Source: Bdellovibrionota bacterium FG-2 (GTDB lineage: Bacteria > Bdellovibrionota > UBA1018). From it: DNA of 16,810 bases. The notes below the pieces were generated by a model. The model ran no database searches, was not told where the DNA came from, and worked only from the letters and a program-made list of their open reading frames with translations. The translations under genes and the position numbers were made by a program. Every line of letters begins with the position of its first letter. Positions within the stretch are counted from its first letter, which is position 1. Positions 8,444 to 16,727 of the stretch are shown here, piece after piece. The stretch covers positions 1-16,810 of the forward strand of contig JBBCAV010000392.1 of the NCBI GenBank assembly GCA_051382305.1, given 5' to 3'.

Positions 8444-10228
8444 TTATAACTGATCTAGATGACCAATAACAGGCAGCAATCCGAAGTTTTCAGCCTTTTT
8501 CCCAACTTTGAATTCCTGAATGCGAGAGTCCAGGACATCTTTTGCGTAGAGATTGAGATACCAGTAGTAGTTTCGCTCAATTGACGCCACGTACTCCCGC
8601 GTCTCACGAAACGGAATAAGATCCAAAAACAAGAGTCGGCTCGAACCCGGATAGCGTTTCTTCCACGCGTCCACCCGATCGGGTCCTGCATTGTAACCGG
8701 CTAGCGCAAGTTCTACATCCCCGTTAAACTGTTTGAGGAGCTGACCAAAATACTTGGCGCCAAGGCGAACGTTGATTTCGGGATTAAACAATTGCTTGCG
8801 AGAAACTCGACGCTCCATCTTCCTTGCCGTTTTGGGCATGAGCTGCATGAGTCCCATCGCGCCCGCGGTACTTTTCGCTCTGATGTTGAAAGCGCTTTCT
8901 TGTCTCATCAAAGAGAGCAGGAGATAGGGATCCAAACCAGAATTCGAGGTCGCGCCCACCTTCTTCACAAGTTCCATGCGATTGATCGGATAGAGCATTT
9001 CGAGGGTGCCCTTCGAAATATACTCAGGGCTCTCCCGAAACAAAGAAGCCAAGACTTGAAACTTGCGAATCACCTCACCGGAACGCATGAGCATCACCGC
9101 AAAATAAAGCTGGAAAGCGGACTCTGTCCCTTTCAACCGATCCCGCATGGCCTCCAAAACATCTAAAGCCTCATCCTCTTCGCCAAGGAGATTCAAAGCC
9201 TCAGCGGCTCGCATCCATGAATTCACTTCGGGACGTGCAAGCGAACGAAACCAAATTTCTGGGTCATGAATTCCAACGGAAGGCGAAGCCGTCGCGGTCG
9301 CTCCCGCCAACATTCCGTGCAAGGAGAGCGGAAACTCCTTGATCAAAGTAACGCGAGAGTTCTCTTCAAGCTCTAGATTCTTGGTTTGCTTTGCTGCAAC
9401 CATCCGCCAATATAACGCGCGCGAGCGATAATCTTGCGCCTCAGGACGTGACACAAGGTCCGTCAAAACCGCAAGCGCATCGCCCCAACGCGATTCCCAG
9501 ATATGAATCATCGCAAGCCGATAGGCCGCCCGAGTAGAAGCAGAATCTTTTCCAGCAACCCGCGCGCGATCATAGAGTACAACCGCAAGGGCACGGGCGG
9601 AGGTGTCCGGAAATTCACCCTCTGCGCGGGCCCCAAGGGCCATGGTCAAAGCGGGGGACATTGAATCTTTCGCAGCCAAAACCTGCTCAGCAAGAACTTT
9701 AATCTTGGCAAAATCCGAAACCTCACCCATCGCTTTTAGCAAAAGCGTATCCGGCACCGATTGAAGGGCCTCGATTTTTCGCTGCAGAATCATTTTCTTC
9801 ACGCGCTGCAGATTGCGCTTTTTGACCCACTTCGACTCATAAGACCTCGCATGCCGAGTCGACGAAGCCGAAGCAAGCTGCGCAAACACATCACAAAAAG
9901 GATTCTCAATCTTTGAACTCACACACGAAGGCAGAGCCGCTTTGGCTTTTTTACCCCGTGAAGAGTGCGCAGAGCGTCCAAAAACTAAATACTCTTTAGC
10001 CCACAGCTTGAGCTGTTCCTGTTTCGCGGTATCCTCAAGACCTAGCCCCGTCAACTGATGCTCTAGTGTTTTCGAAAGAGAGATCGCCTCAGCCTTTAAC
10101 GGCGAGGGCGAAGCGAGAGACGCGAGCACCTCAGGCGGTTTAGCTTTCGAAGCTGAAAAAGCGGGCGAAATAAGCCCAAACAACCCAGGAAACACCAACG
10201 AAACAACTACAAGACGAGAATTTTTCAC
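8444..10228 (-). CDS. Soluble lytic murein transglycosylase (Slt family) with signal peptide and helical/TPR-like N-terminus
   Basis: Motifs MRQESAF (catalytic Glu), GAMGLMQLMP, AGYNAG and ETREYV. Signal peptide ends ...SPAFS. GTG start. Confidence 0.9.
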   Translation of the reverse strand: MKNSRLVVVSLVFPGLFGLISPAFSASKAKPPEVLASLASPSPLKAEAISLSKTLEHQLTGLGLEDTAKQEQLKLWAKEYLVFGRSAHSSRGKKAKAALPSCVSSKIENPFCDVFAQLASASSTRHARSYESKWVKKRNLQRVKKMILQRKIEALQSVPDTLLLKAMGEVSDFAKIKVLAEQVLAAKDSMSPALTMALGARAEGEFPDTSARALAVVLYDRARVAGKDSASTRAAYRLAMIHIWESRWGDALAVLTDLVSRPEAQDYRSRALYWRMVAAKQTKNLELEENSRVTLIKEFPLSLHGMLAGATATASPSVGIHDPEIWFRSLARPEVNSWMRAAEALNLLGEEDEALDVLEAMRDRLKGTESAFQLYFAVMLMRSGEVIRKFQVLASLFRESPEYISKGTLEMLYPINRMELVKKVGATSNSGLDPYLLLSLMRQESAFNIRAKSTAGAMGLMQLMPKTARKMERRVSRKQLFNPEINVRLGAKYFGQLLKQFNGDVELALAGYNAGPDRVDAWKKRYPGSSRLLFLDLIPFRETREYVASIERNYYWYLNLYAKDVLDSRIQEFKVGKKAENFGLLPVIGHLDQL

Positions 10229-10394
10229 AGCAACCCATCCCCCAGTGAATGATTATGAGATGAATCCCGAAAAACTTGTATCCAAAGTTTATATTTTTTG
10301 TGACACTACCAGCCACGCAAATGACGGAACGCCAACCCTGGAGAATTCCGCTTTAGCGTGTTAAGAAGGGTTCACTATAGAGAGGGCCCCGCAA

Positions 10395-11588
10395 ATGAAA
10401 ACCGCCATAAGACCGGCAAAGCGAACTGAGAACGTCAAATACGCCGTGCGAGATATCTTGCTGGTGGCCGAAAAGGCGAAGGCCAGCGGCAAAAAACTTC
10501 TTTATCTCAATATCGGAGACCCCATCCTCTTTGATCTTAAGACTCCGGATTTCGTCATCAAAAATATCATAAAAGCCCTTGAGGAGGGCAAAACAGGCTA
10601 CGCGCCGTCCTCTGGAACAGCCGAGGCGATCGCCGCTATCAAAAAAGATGCTGAAGCCAACGGAATCAAAAGCATTCAAGAAGTTTTTATTACCAACGGC
10701 GGCAGTGAAGCAATCGAGCTTGCATTGACCGCGCTCTTGGACACAGACGACAACGTCTTACTCCCCACTCCAGGCTATCCTTTATACACCGCCGTTTTAT
10801 CCAAGCTTGAGGCCGAAGCCAATCCCTACTACCTTGACGAAGAAAACGGCTGGCAACCTGACCCCGAGGATATCAAAAATAAAATCAATTCCCGCACACG
10901 CGCGATTGTGCTGATCAACCCCAACAACCCAACGGGTTCGGTCTGCTCTCGCGAAGTGGCGCAAAAAATTGCGGATCTCGCCGCCGAACACAATCTCGTG
11001 CTATTCGTCGATGAGATCTACGACAAACTTATATTTGATGGCGAAAAACACGTGACCACTGCCGCATTGAACCCTGACGTCGCGGCTATTACTTTCAATG
11101 GTCTCTCGAAAGTTTATGTCGGCCCCGGCCTGAGAATGGGGTGGGGAATTGTCTCCGGCCCTGCTGAAAAAGTTACGGATTACGTGCAAGCGATTCAAAA
11201 ACTCACGCGCGCGCGTCTTTGCGCCTCTCACCCCGTAATGGCGGCGATTGCGCCTTCTCTTCAGAGTGGCAATCCCCACTTGCCCCTGATGATGGAGAAG
11301 CTCAAACGCCGACGGGACATGACTTTTGAGATGCTGAACGCGATTCCTGGAATTTCCTGCGTGAAACCCAAGGGAGCATTTTATGCGTTTCCTAAACTCA
11401 CGAACCTCTCCATCACGGACGATCAGTGGTGCGCGAAGCTCATTCAAGAAACAGGCGTCGTCACCGTTCCGGGGAGCGGATTTGGGCAAAAACCTGGGAC
11501 CAAGCACTTTAGAATCGTGTTCTTGCCTGAGGAAAACGTTCTTAAGGAGGCGTATACTGCGATTGGCGAATTCATGAAGTCGACCTAA
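10395..11588 (+). CDS. PLP-dependent class I/II aminotransferase, alanine aminotransferase (AlaA)-like
   Basis: Motifs LNIGDP, PGYPLY, INPNNPTG, DEIYD, NGLSK (PLP Lys), GLRMGW, PKGAFYAFP and HFRIVFLP. Confidence 0.9.
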   Translation: MKTAIRPAKRTENVKYAVRDILLVAEKAKASGKKLLYLNIGDPILFDLKTPDFVIKNIIKALEEGKTGYAPSSGTAEAIAAIKKDAEANGIKSIQEVFITNGGSEAIELALTALLDTDDNVLLPTPGYPLYTAVLSKLEAEANPYYLDEENGWQPDPEDIKNKINSRTRAIVLINPNNPTGSVCSREVAQKIADLAAEHNLVLFVDEIYDKLIFDGEKHVTTAALNPDVAAITFNGLSKVYVGPGLRMGWGIVSGPAEKVTDYVQAIQKLTRARLCASHPVMAAIAPSLQSGNPHLPLMMEKLKRRRDMTFEMLNAIPGISCVKPKGAFYAFPKLTNLSITDDQWCAKLIQETGVVTVPGSGFGQKPGTKHFRIVFLPEENVLKEAYTAIGEFMKST

Positions 11589-14089
11589 ATAGCCTTATGC
11601 GGCCTTCTTCTTCGCCAGTATTTCCAACCTTCGAACCACGCAATGCTTAGGAGTCCGCCGCCAAAGCAGATCGCCAAATCCGTTAAATGAAGAAATGAAA
11701 AGCGGAAAACATCTCGCACATAAGGGACATACAGGACCAAAGCGAGAAACAACACTGAGCCCGAAAGTACCCACCAGAGCGCGCGATTGGGAGCGCTAAG
11801 GCCTTCAAGAATGGTCCGCGACCAGGATCGATTCACGAGAATTAAGCCAAGGTTCGAAAAAAGAAGCATCGTAAACGTCAGGGCCCGTGCCTCATTCTCA
11901 TGTTGCCCTCGATGCAGCGCAATCAAAAAAACACCCAAGACAATTCCAAAGACGACAAGGCCCTGAATCAGACTGGGAAAAAGTAGATCTTTAGAAAAAA
12001 GTGCCGCGCTTGCCGGCCTAGGGCTTCTCCGCATCGTATTGGCGGCCGCTTCTTCGGCTTCAAAAACGACGGAGCAAGCCGGTTCGATAATCAAGTGCAG
12101 AAAAGCGATGTGTACCGGAAGAAGGACGAGCGGAAGCTTCAAAATAACTGGCAGGATCGATATCCCTGCAATGGGCACGTGAATTGCCAAAAGATAGGCC
12201 ATCGCTCCGCGCAAGTTATCGAAAATCCTGCGCCCCGTGCGGATGGCCGCAACAATTGAGGTGAAATCATCATCCAGCAACACCAATGCAGCCGACTCGC
12301 GGGCGACGTCTGTCCCTCGCCCCCCCATTGCAATGCCAATTTGTGCAGTTTTTAGAGCAGGCGCATCGTTCACCCCATCACCCGTCATTGCCACGACCTC
12401 ACCGTTTTTTTGCAACGCTTGCACGAGTCGAAGTTTTTGCTCTGGAATCATGCGCGCAAAACAATTCACGGTCTTGAGTCGAAGCGCAAGACCCCCCTCA
12501 TCCATCTCTGCAAGCTCAGGCCCGGTAATGATATCGTCTGCGTTTTTGATGCCGATTTCCCGCGCGATACTACTCGCCGTATGAGCGTGATCGCCAGTAA
12601 TCATGATAACCCGAACTCCCGCCAGGTAACATTCTTCGATCGCCTCGGGGACATTGGGGCGCACGGGATCAGAAAGCCCCAGAAGTCCCAAGAACTCAAA
12701 ATTGTAGTCATGTTGAACTCCAGGCAGTTTCTCCGAAGAATGGTTCGCCCTCGCGACCCCCAAGACACGCAGTCCACGCCTGGCAAACTGTTCGACCCTT
12801 GCTGAAATCTCTGCGACCTTGTTCGGTGCTAGATGACACAAGTCCATGATCGCCTCTGGGGCTCCCTTTGCACCCACGAGATAGCCGATTTGCTTATCCA
12901 TTTTCCAGACGTGACTCACCGCGAGCGTCGCGGAAGAGAGAGGGTACTCTCTCGCCAGTTTCCAGTCAGGATGCAGATGCTCGGTTTTGGCAAGGTACTC
13001 CCCACCGATTTGATGAACTGCTTTTTCCATAGGGTCAAAGGGGGAAGGACTTGAGGCTAGAATTCCGAATTCGACCAATTCGTGAAACTCTTCAGGAAGC
13101 TCTTTGTGCTCTCTCGCCCGAAGTTCAACCGTCGCGCCGCCTACAGCGTTCGTAAAAAGCGTCTGCACCGTCATCTGATTCATCGTGAGCGTGCCCGTTT
13201 TATCCACACAGAGCACAGTTGCCGATCCCAGATTTTCGACGGCAGGCATTCTCCGTGTCAATACATGGCGCAGCGAAATTCGCCAGGCCCCCAGCGCCAA
13301 AAAAATCATCAACACTGCCGGAAGCTCATTAGGAAGAATGGCCATCGCAAGAGTGAGCCCCGACAAAAATCCCCCCAACCAATCTTGTCGCGTGATCCCG
13401 TAGACCGCCACCACGAGTACGCAAAGCGCGGCTGCAACGAGCGCGAGAATTCTTACAACTCTTCGGGTTTCCGTTTGCAACCGGGTTGTTCCGGGCTGCG
13501 CCGTCTCCAATACTCTTCCAATTTTTCCGATTTCCGTCTTTACTCCAGTGGCAAACACTTGGGCACTCGCCTGTCCGCACACGACCGTGGTTCCGGCAAA
13601 AACAGAAGCATGAGCCTCTTTTTGCACCGGCACAGATTCCCCAGTTAAAAGAGACTCATCTACCACGAGATTTGATACATTTAGGATTTTTGCGTCCGCA
13701 GGAACTCGATCCCCCTCGCTCAAAAGTAAAAGATCCTCTCGAACCACCTCAATGCCAGGAATTCTCTTCTTCTGCCCGTCGCGAATCACGAGCGCCCGCG
13801 GGCTTGACAGGTTTCTCAACGCTTCAAGTGCCGCTTCGGTTTTTCGCGCCTGATAGAGGGTGATAAAAATGATGATCCCCAGAAACCCAAGAAGCATGGC
13901 CGCCTCTTGCTGATCGCCAAGGAGTACGTAAATCACACCACAGCCCAGCAACAGCGTGACCATGGGCTCGAAGAGCACTTCTTTTATAAGCACCAGAAAA
14001 TGGCGCGGCTTCGTTGTTGGAAGCTCATTAGGGCCCTCTAACTCTAGCCGCTGACGCGCTACATGCTCGGAAAGCCCAGATAGTTGCAT
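11585..14089 (-). CDS. Cation-transporting P-type ATPase (P2-like, Ca2+-ATPase related)
   Basis: Motifs LTGES, DKTGTLT, KGAPE, DP, MITGD and TGDGVNDAPAL, with a multi-TM C-terminus. ATG 14089 is preferred as start, and GTG 14113 is an alternative. Its stop overlaps the aminotransferase stop by 4 nt. Confidence 0.93.
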   Translation of the reverse strand: MQLSGLSEHVARQRLELEGPNELPTTKPRHFLVLIKEVLFEPMVTLLLGCGVIYVLLGDQQEAAMLLGFLGIIIFITLYQARKTEAALEALRNLSSPRALVIRDGQKKRIPGIEVVREDLLLLSEGDRVPADAKILNVSNLVVDESLLTGESVPVQKEAHASVFAGTTVVCGQASAQVFATGVKTEIGKIGRVLETAQPGTTRLQTETRRVVRILALVAAALCVLVVAVYGITRQDWLGGFLSGLTLAMAILPNELPAVLMIFLALGAWRISLRHVLTRRMPAVENLGSATVLCVDKTGTLTMNQMTVQTLFTNAVGGATVELRAREHKELPEEFHELVEFGILASSPSPFDPMEKAVHQIGGEYLAKTEHLHPDWKLAREYPLSSATLAVSHVWKMDKQIGYLVGAKGAPEAIMDLCHLAPNKVAEISARVEQFARRGLRVLGVARANHSSEKLPGVQHDYNFEFLGLLGLSDPVRPNVPEAIEECYLAGVRVIMITGDHAHTASSIAREIGIKNADDIITGPELAEMDEGGLALRLKTVNCFARMIPEQKLRLVQALQKNGEVVAMTGDGVNDAPALKTAQIGIAMGGRGTDVARESAALVLLDDDFTSIVAAIRTGRRIFDNLRGAMAYLLAIHVPIAGISILPVILKLPLVLLPVHIAFLHLIIEPACSVVFEAEEAAANTMRRSPRPASAALFSKDLLFPSLIQGLVVFGIVLGVFLIALHRGQHENEARALTFTMLLFSNLGLILVNRSWSRTILEGLSAPNRALWWVLSGSVLFLALVLYVPYVRDVFRFSFLHLTDLAICFGGGLLSIAWFEGWKYWRRRRPHKAI

Positions 14090-14155
14090 AGTACCCCGAA
14101 GGTACTCATGCACTTAGTGTGCGCGCCGCGGATAGCTAAGAGAACAATTCCAAAG

Positions 14156-14593
14156 TCAGGTGCAACTCCCCTTCAAAAGAGCTTTGCGAATGCGCGCCCG
14201 AATTCCTTCTAAGATGTCCGACATCTTCTGGACTCCACCCACGTTCGTCTGACCATGAAAATGAACCATCTCATTTGAAATCTCTGCGAGCAACCTTTGA
14301 AACTCAGGTCTACCACCCAAGGCCTTCGCATCATCAGAGAGAAGCTGTAACTCCTTCAACTCTCTGATTGCCCATCTACGCCACTCCTCGCGATCTGCTG
14401 ACTTTACGGCGGCAGGAGCGCGCCCCTTCTTGTCCAACCAAGGAGCGAGATCTGCAATTGATTGCGAAGTACGCCCATCTAATGTGCTAAAATATGCCCG
14501 ACATTGATCATTACTCATTGGATGAGGGCCCGAACCGAACCCTGAAAACCCCAGAAGCGAACAAATTGAAACGATGGTAATATTTTTTTTCAT
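14156..14593 (-). CDS. Hypothetical, probably exported, alpha-helical protein
   Basis: About 145-aa ORF filling the gap between the ATPase and the flagellin promoter region. MKKNITIVSICSLLGF looks like a signal peptide. ATG 14605 is an alternative start. No family recognised. Confidence 0.65.
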   Translation of the reverse strand: MKKNITIVSICSLLGFSGFGSGPHPMSNDQCRAYFSTLDGRTSQSIADLAPWLDKKGRAPAAVKSADREEWRRWAIRELKELQLLSDDAKALGGRPEFQRLLAEISNEMVHFHGQTNVGGVQKMSDILEGIRARIRKALLKGSCT

Positions 14594-14755
14594 ACAAAAA
14601 CTCATCGGAATTCTGCGAAAAAATGTTTGGAAAAAATTCTGACAATTTCAAATTCCCCTGGAAAACCACACGTTTTTAAAATTAAACAATTTCAGTCAGA
14701 CTTAAGTCCGACATTTTCAGTACGGTATAAGTATTTGAAAACATTAAAAAAAAAC

Positions 14756-14782
14756 TTAAGTCGGCAAGAATTTCACCGATGA
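14756..14782 (+). promoter_or_regulatory. Sigma28 (FliA)-type promoter of the flagellin gene
   Basis: TTAAGTCG-N11-ACCGATGA compared with the consensus TAAAGTTT-N11-GCCGATAA. An A-tract lies immediately upstream, and the flagellin ATG follows about 85 nt downstream. Confidence 0.75.
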
Positions 14783-14795
14783 GTGAGTTGTAAGC

Positions 14796-14864
14796 AGGCA
14801 GGGATTGCCGGCCTAACGGAAACAAAACTTCAAGGAGGACCAATTATGAAACCATGAGGAGGAT
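14796..14864 (+). promoter_or_regulatory. Flagellin 5' UTR with putative CsrA-binding GGA motifs and two SD sequences
   Basis: GGCA-GGGAT-TGCC hairpin with GGA in the loop, plus ACGGA, CAAGGAGGA and TGAGGAGGA. Confidence 0.6.
14846..14857 (+). other. Putative 3-codon upstream ORF (M-K-P-stop)
   Basis: AGGAGG (14833-14838), a 7-nt spacer, then ATG AAA CCA TGA. The last base of the stop is the first base of the flagellin SD AGGAGG. Confidence 0.45.
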
Positions 14865-14867
14865 TAC

Positions 14868-15701
14868 ATGGGACTACGTATCGCAACTAATATTCAAGCT
14901 CTGGCCAGCCAGCGCTTCTTGAGTCAAAACAACGCAAATCAAGCGAAGTCTTTAGAGCGCTTGTCTTCTGGTCAACGGATCAATCGCGCAGGCGATGACG
15001 CCGCCGGATTAGCCATCAGCGAAAAGTTGAAAGCTAATATCAGAAGTATGAAGCAAGCCAACCGGAACGCCAACGACGGGATCAGCATGATCCAAGTGGC
15101 TGAAGGTTCGATGAACGAAGTCAGTAACATCTTAATTCGTATGAGAGAGCTATCGATTCAAGCCTCTTCTGATACGGTCGGTGCTCCTGAGCGGACTTTC
15201 ATCGACAAAGAAGTTCAGCACCTCAAATCAGAAATTTCGCGAATCTCGAATTCCACCGAATTCAACGGAATGAAGCTCCTCAACGGAACTTCTGGAAAAC
15301 TCGACTTCCAAATCGGGGTGAACAACAACCCCGATCTCGATCGCCTCACCTATGACTCTGCTCAAGGCATGACCACTCTCGCTTCTTTAGGAATCGACGG
15401 TGTGTCCACCTTAGGAAAAGAGCATGCGCAAGGTAACATGGAAATGTTGGACACCGCGCTCCAACGCCTCAATGAAAACCGCGCAGGTCTTGGCGCTCTC
15501 CAAAACAGATTACAATCGACCATCAATAACTTGATGAACTACCGAGAGAACTTAGAAGGCGCCAACAGCCGAATCCGAGATACGGATATGGCTGAAGAGA
15601 CCAGTGAACTTGTGAAGGGCAACATCCTTACACAAGCCAACATCGCGGTCTTGGCCCAGTCCAATCAGAATCCTCAAGCAGCCTTGAAACTGCTGAGCTA
15701 G
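14868..15701 (+). CDS. fliC: Flagellin, minimal form (D0/D1 only, 277 aa)
   Basis: Motifs MGLRIATN, LERLSSGQRINRAGDDAAGLAISE, NANDGISMIQVAEG, RMRELSIQ, RAGLGALQNRL and SRIRDTDMAEE. Strong SD. Confidence 0.97.
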   Translation: MGLRIATNIQALASQRFLSQNNANQAKSLERLSSGQRINRAGDDAAGLAISEKLKANIRSMKQANRNANDGISMIQVAEGSMNEVSNILIRMRELSIQASSDTVGAPERTFIDKEVQHLKSEISRISNSTEFNGMKLLNGTSGKLDFQIGVNNNPDLDRLTYDSAQGMTTLASLGIDGVSTLGKEHAQGNMEMLDTALQRLNENRAGLGALQNRLQSTINNLMNYRENLEGANSRIRDTDMAEETSELVKGNILTQANIAVLAQSNQNPQAALKLLS

Positions 15702-15750
15702 TCTGAGTCCTAAGTACTGTTCTTAAGTTAGATTATTGCGATACGATTTA

Positions 15751-15788
15751 CAAAGGGGAGGTTTCTCATGATGGGAGCCTCCCCTTTG
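15751..15788. terminator. Probable bidirectional intrinsic terminator between the convergent fliC and RCC1 genes
   Basis: CAAAGGGGAGGTTTC-N8-GGAGCCTCCCCTTTG forms a long stem with G-U pairs and has AT-rich flanks on both sides. Confidence 0.8.
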
Positions 15789-15799
15789 ATTATCAAAAA

Positions 15800-16643
15800 C
15801 TACTGAAGCGCCACACTTGAAACTGGCGCCAAACTATCGATCAGTGAATTATTTCCCAACTGCCCGAACCCGTTTCTTCCCCAGCACTTCACCAAAGCTC
15901 CAACAAGCGCACAACTCTGAAACTCCCCTGCCGAAACAGCCGACACATCAATTGAGAGAAATCCCACTCCCAACGGCCCGACCACCAAAACTGCAGTTCC
16001 TTTATTCACGGTTGAGCCATCTCCGACTTGTCCAAAATGATTATAGCCCCAACATTTAGCGGCGCCATTGACCACCGCGCAGGAATGCGCTCCTCCGAGG
16101 GCCATCGCCTGCGCACCCGCAGCTGCGCCTGTAACCGCCACAGGAATCGAAGAATTCGTGAACAAACCATTCCCCAACTGCCCCATCGAATTATCTCCAA
16201 AACAAAATGCGGCGCCGTTTGAAACCACACAACTATGAGAACCCCTCACACTCAAAGCACCGACAGAGGCGAGACTGGCGCTATTGGCAACATTGCGTAC
16301 CGTGACCGGCGTAAGGCTGTCGGTTGTGGTCGCATTGCCAAGCTGTCCCTGAGAATTTGCGCCCCAACATTGCGCCGCGCCATGTACAAGGGCGCACGTG
16401 TGATTTTCACCGGCGGTAAGCGCTTGAACTCCCGACGTAAGACCCGTGACTTGAACCGGGGTTTGCGAATTCGCCAGTAATCCGTTTCCTAACTGACCAC
16501 TGGAATTTTGCCCCCAGCACTTCACACCTCCACTGACGAGCGCACAACTATGTGAAGCGCCCGCGCCTCCGCCCAACACTCCCGCGTTCACGAAAGAGAC
16601 AGAGACAGCAGTTACACTTGGGGTTGTGGTACCATCCCCAAGT
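15800..16643 (-). pseudogene. RCC1/BLIP-II-like repeat protein, apparently 5'-truncated (possibly expressed from GTG 16591)
   Basis: Five repeats of G..H(S/T)CA.....CWG.N..GQLG.G. RCC1-like sequence (LGDGTTTPSVTAVSV) continues in frame upstream of the called GTG until a TGA at 16654-16652. There is no signal peptide or good SD. Confidence 0.65.
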
Positions 16644-16650
16644 GTAACTG
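16609..16650. repeat. Perfect 15-bp inverted repeat (hairpin/cruciform)
   Basis: CAGTTACACTTGGGG (16609-16623), a 12-nt spacer TTGTGGTACCAT, then CCCCAAGTGTAACTG (16636-16650). Confidence 0.9.
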
Positions 16651-16727
16651 GTCAGCCATTTTTTTTAAAACTTGAAAAATTATGTTGACACACTTTTTGT
16701 GCAGAAATGATTGTACGAAATATTTTT

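Noticed and set aside
10272..10290. Imperfect dyad AAACTTGTATCCAAAGTTT in the slt/aminotransferase divergent gap
   Set aside because: It is short, AT-rich and imperfect, so compatible with chance.
4450..13863. Numerous 60-190 aa alternate-frame or antisense ORFs
   Set aside because: All overlap confidently identified genes and lack SDs or domain motifs.
16609..16650. Hairpin as an integron attC site or CRISPR repeat
   Set aside because: The GTT...AAC order is opposite to attC (RYYYAAC...GTTRRRY), it occurs once, and no integrase or cas gene is in the window.
16612..16659. Short minus-strand ORF MADQLHLGMVPQPQV*
   Set aside because: It has no SD, is out of frame with the RCC1 gene, and is probably a by-product of the junction.
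16685..16715. Sigma70 promoter from TTGACA
   Set aside because: There is no convincing -10 at 16-18 nt spacing, and the downstream target is not visible.
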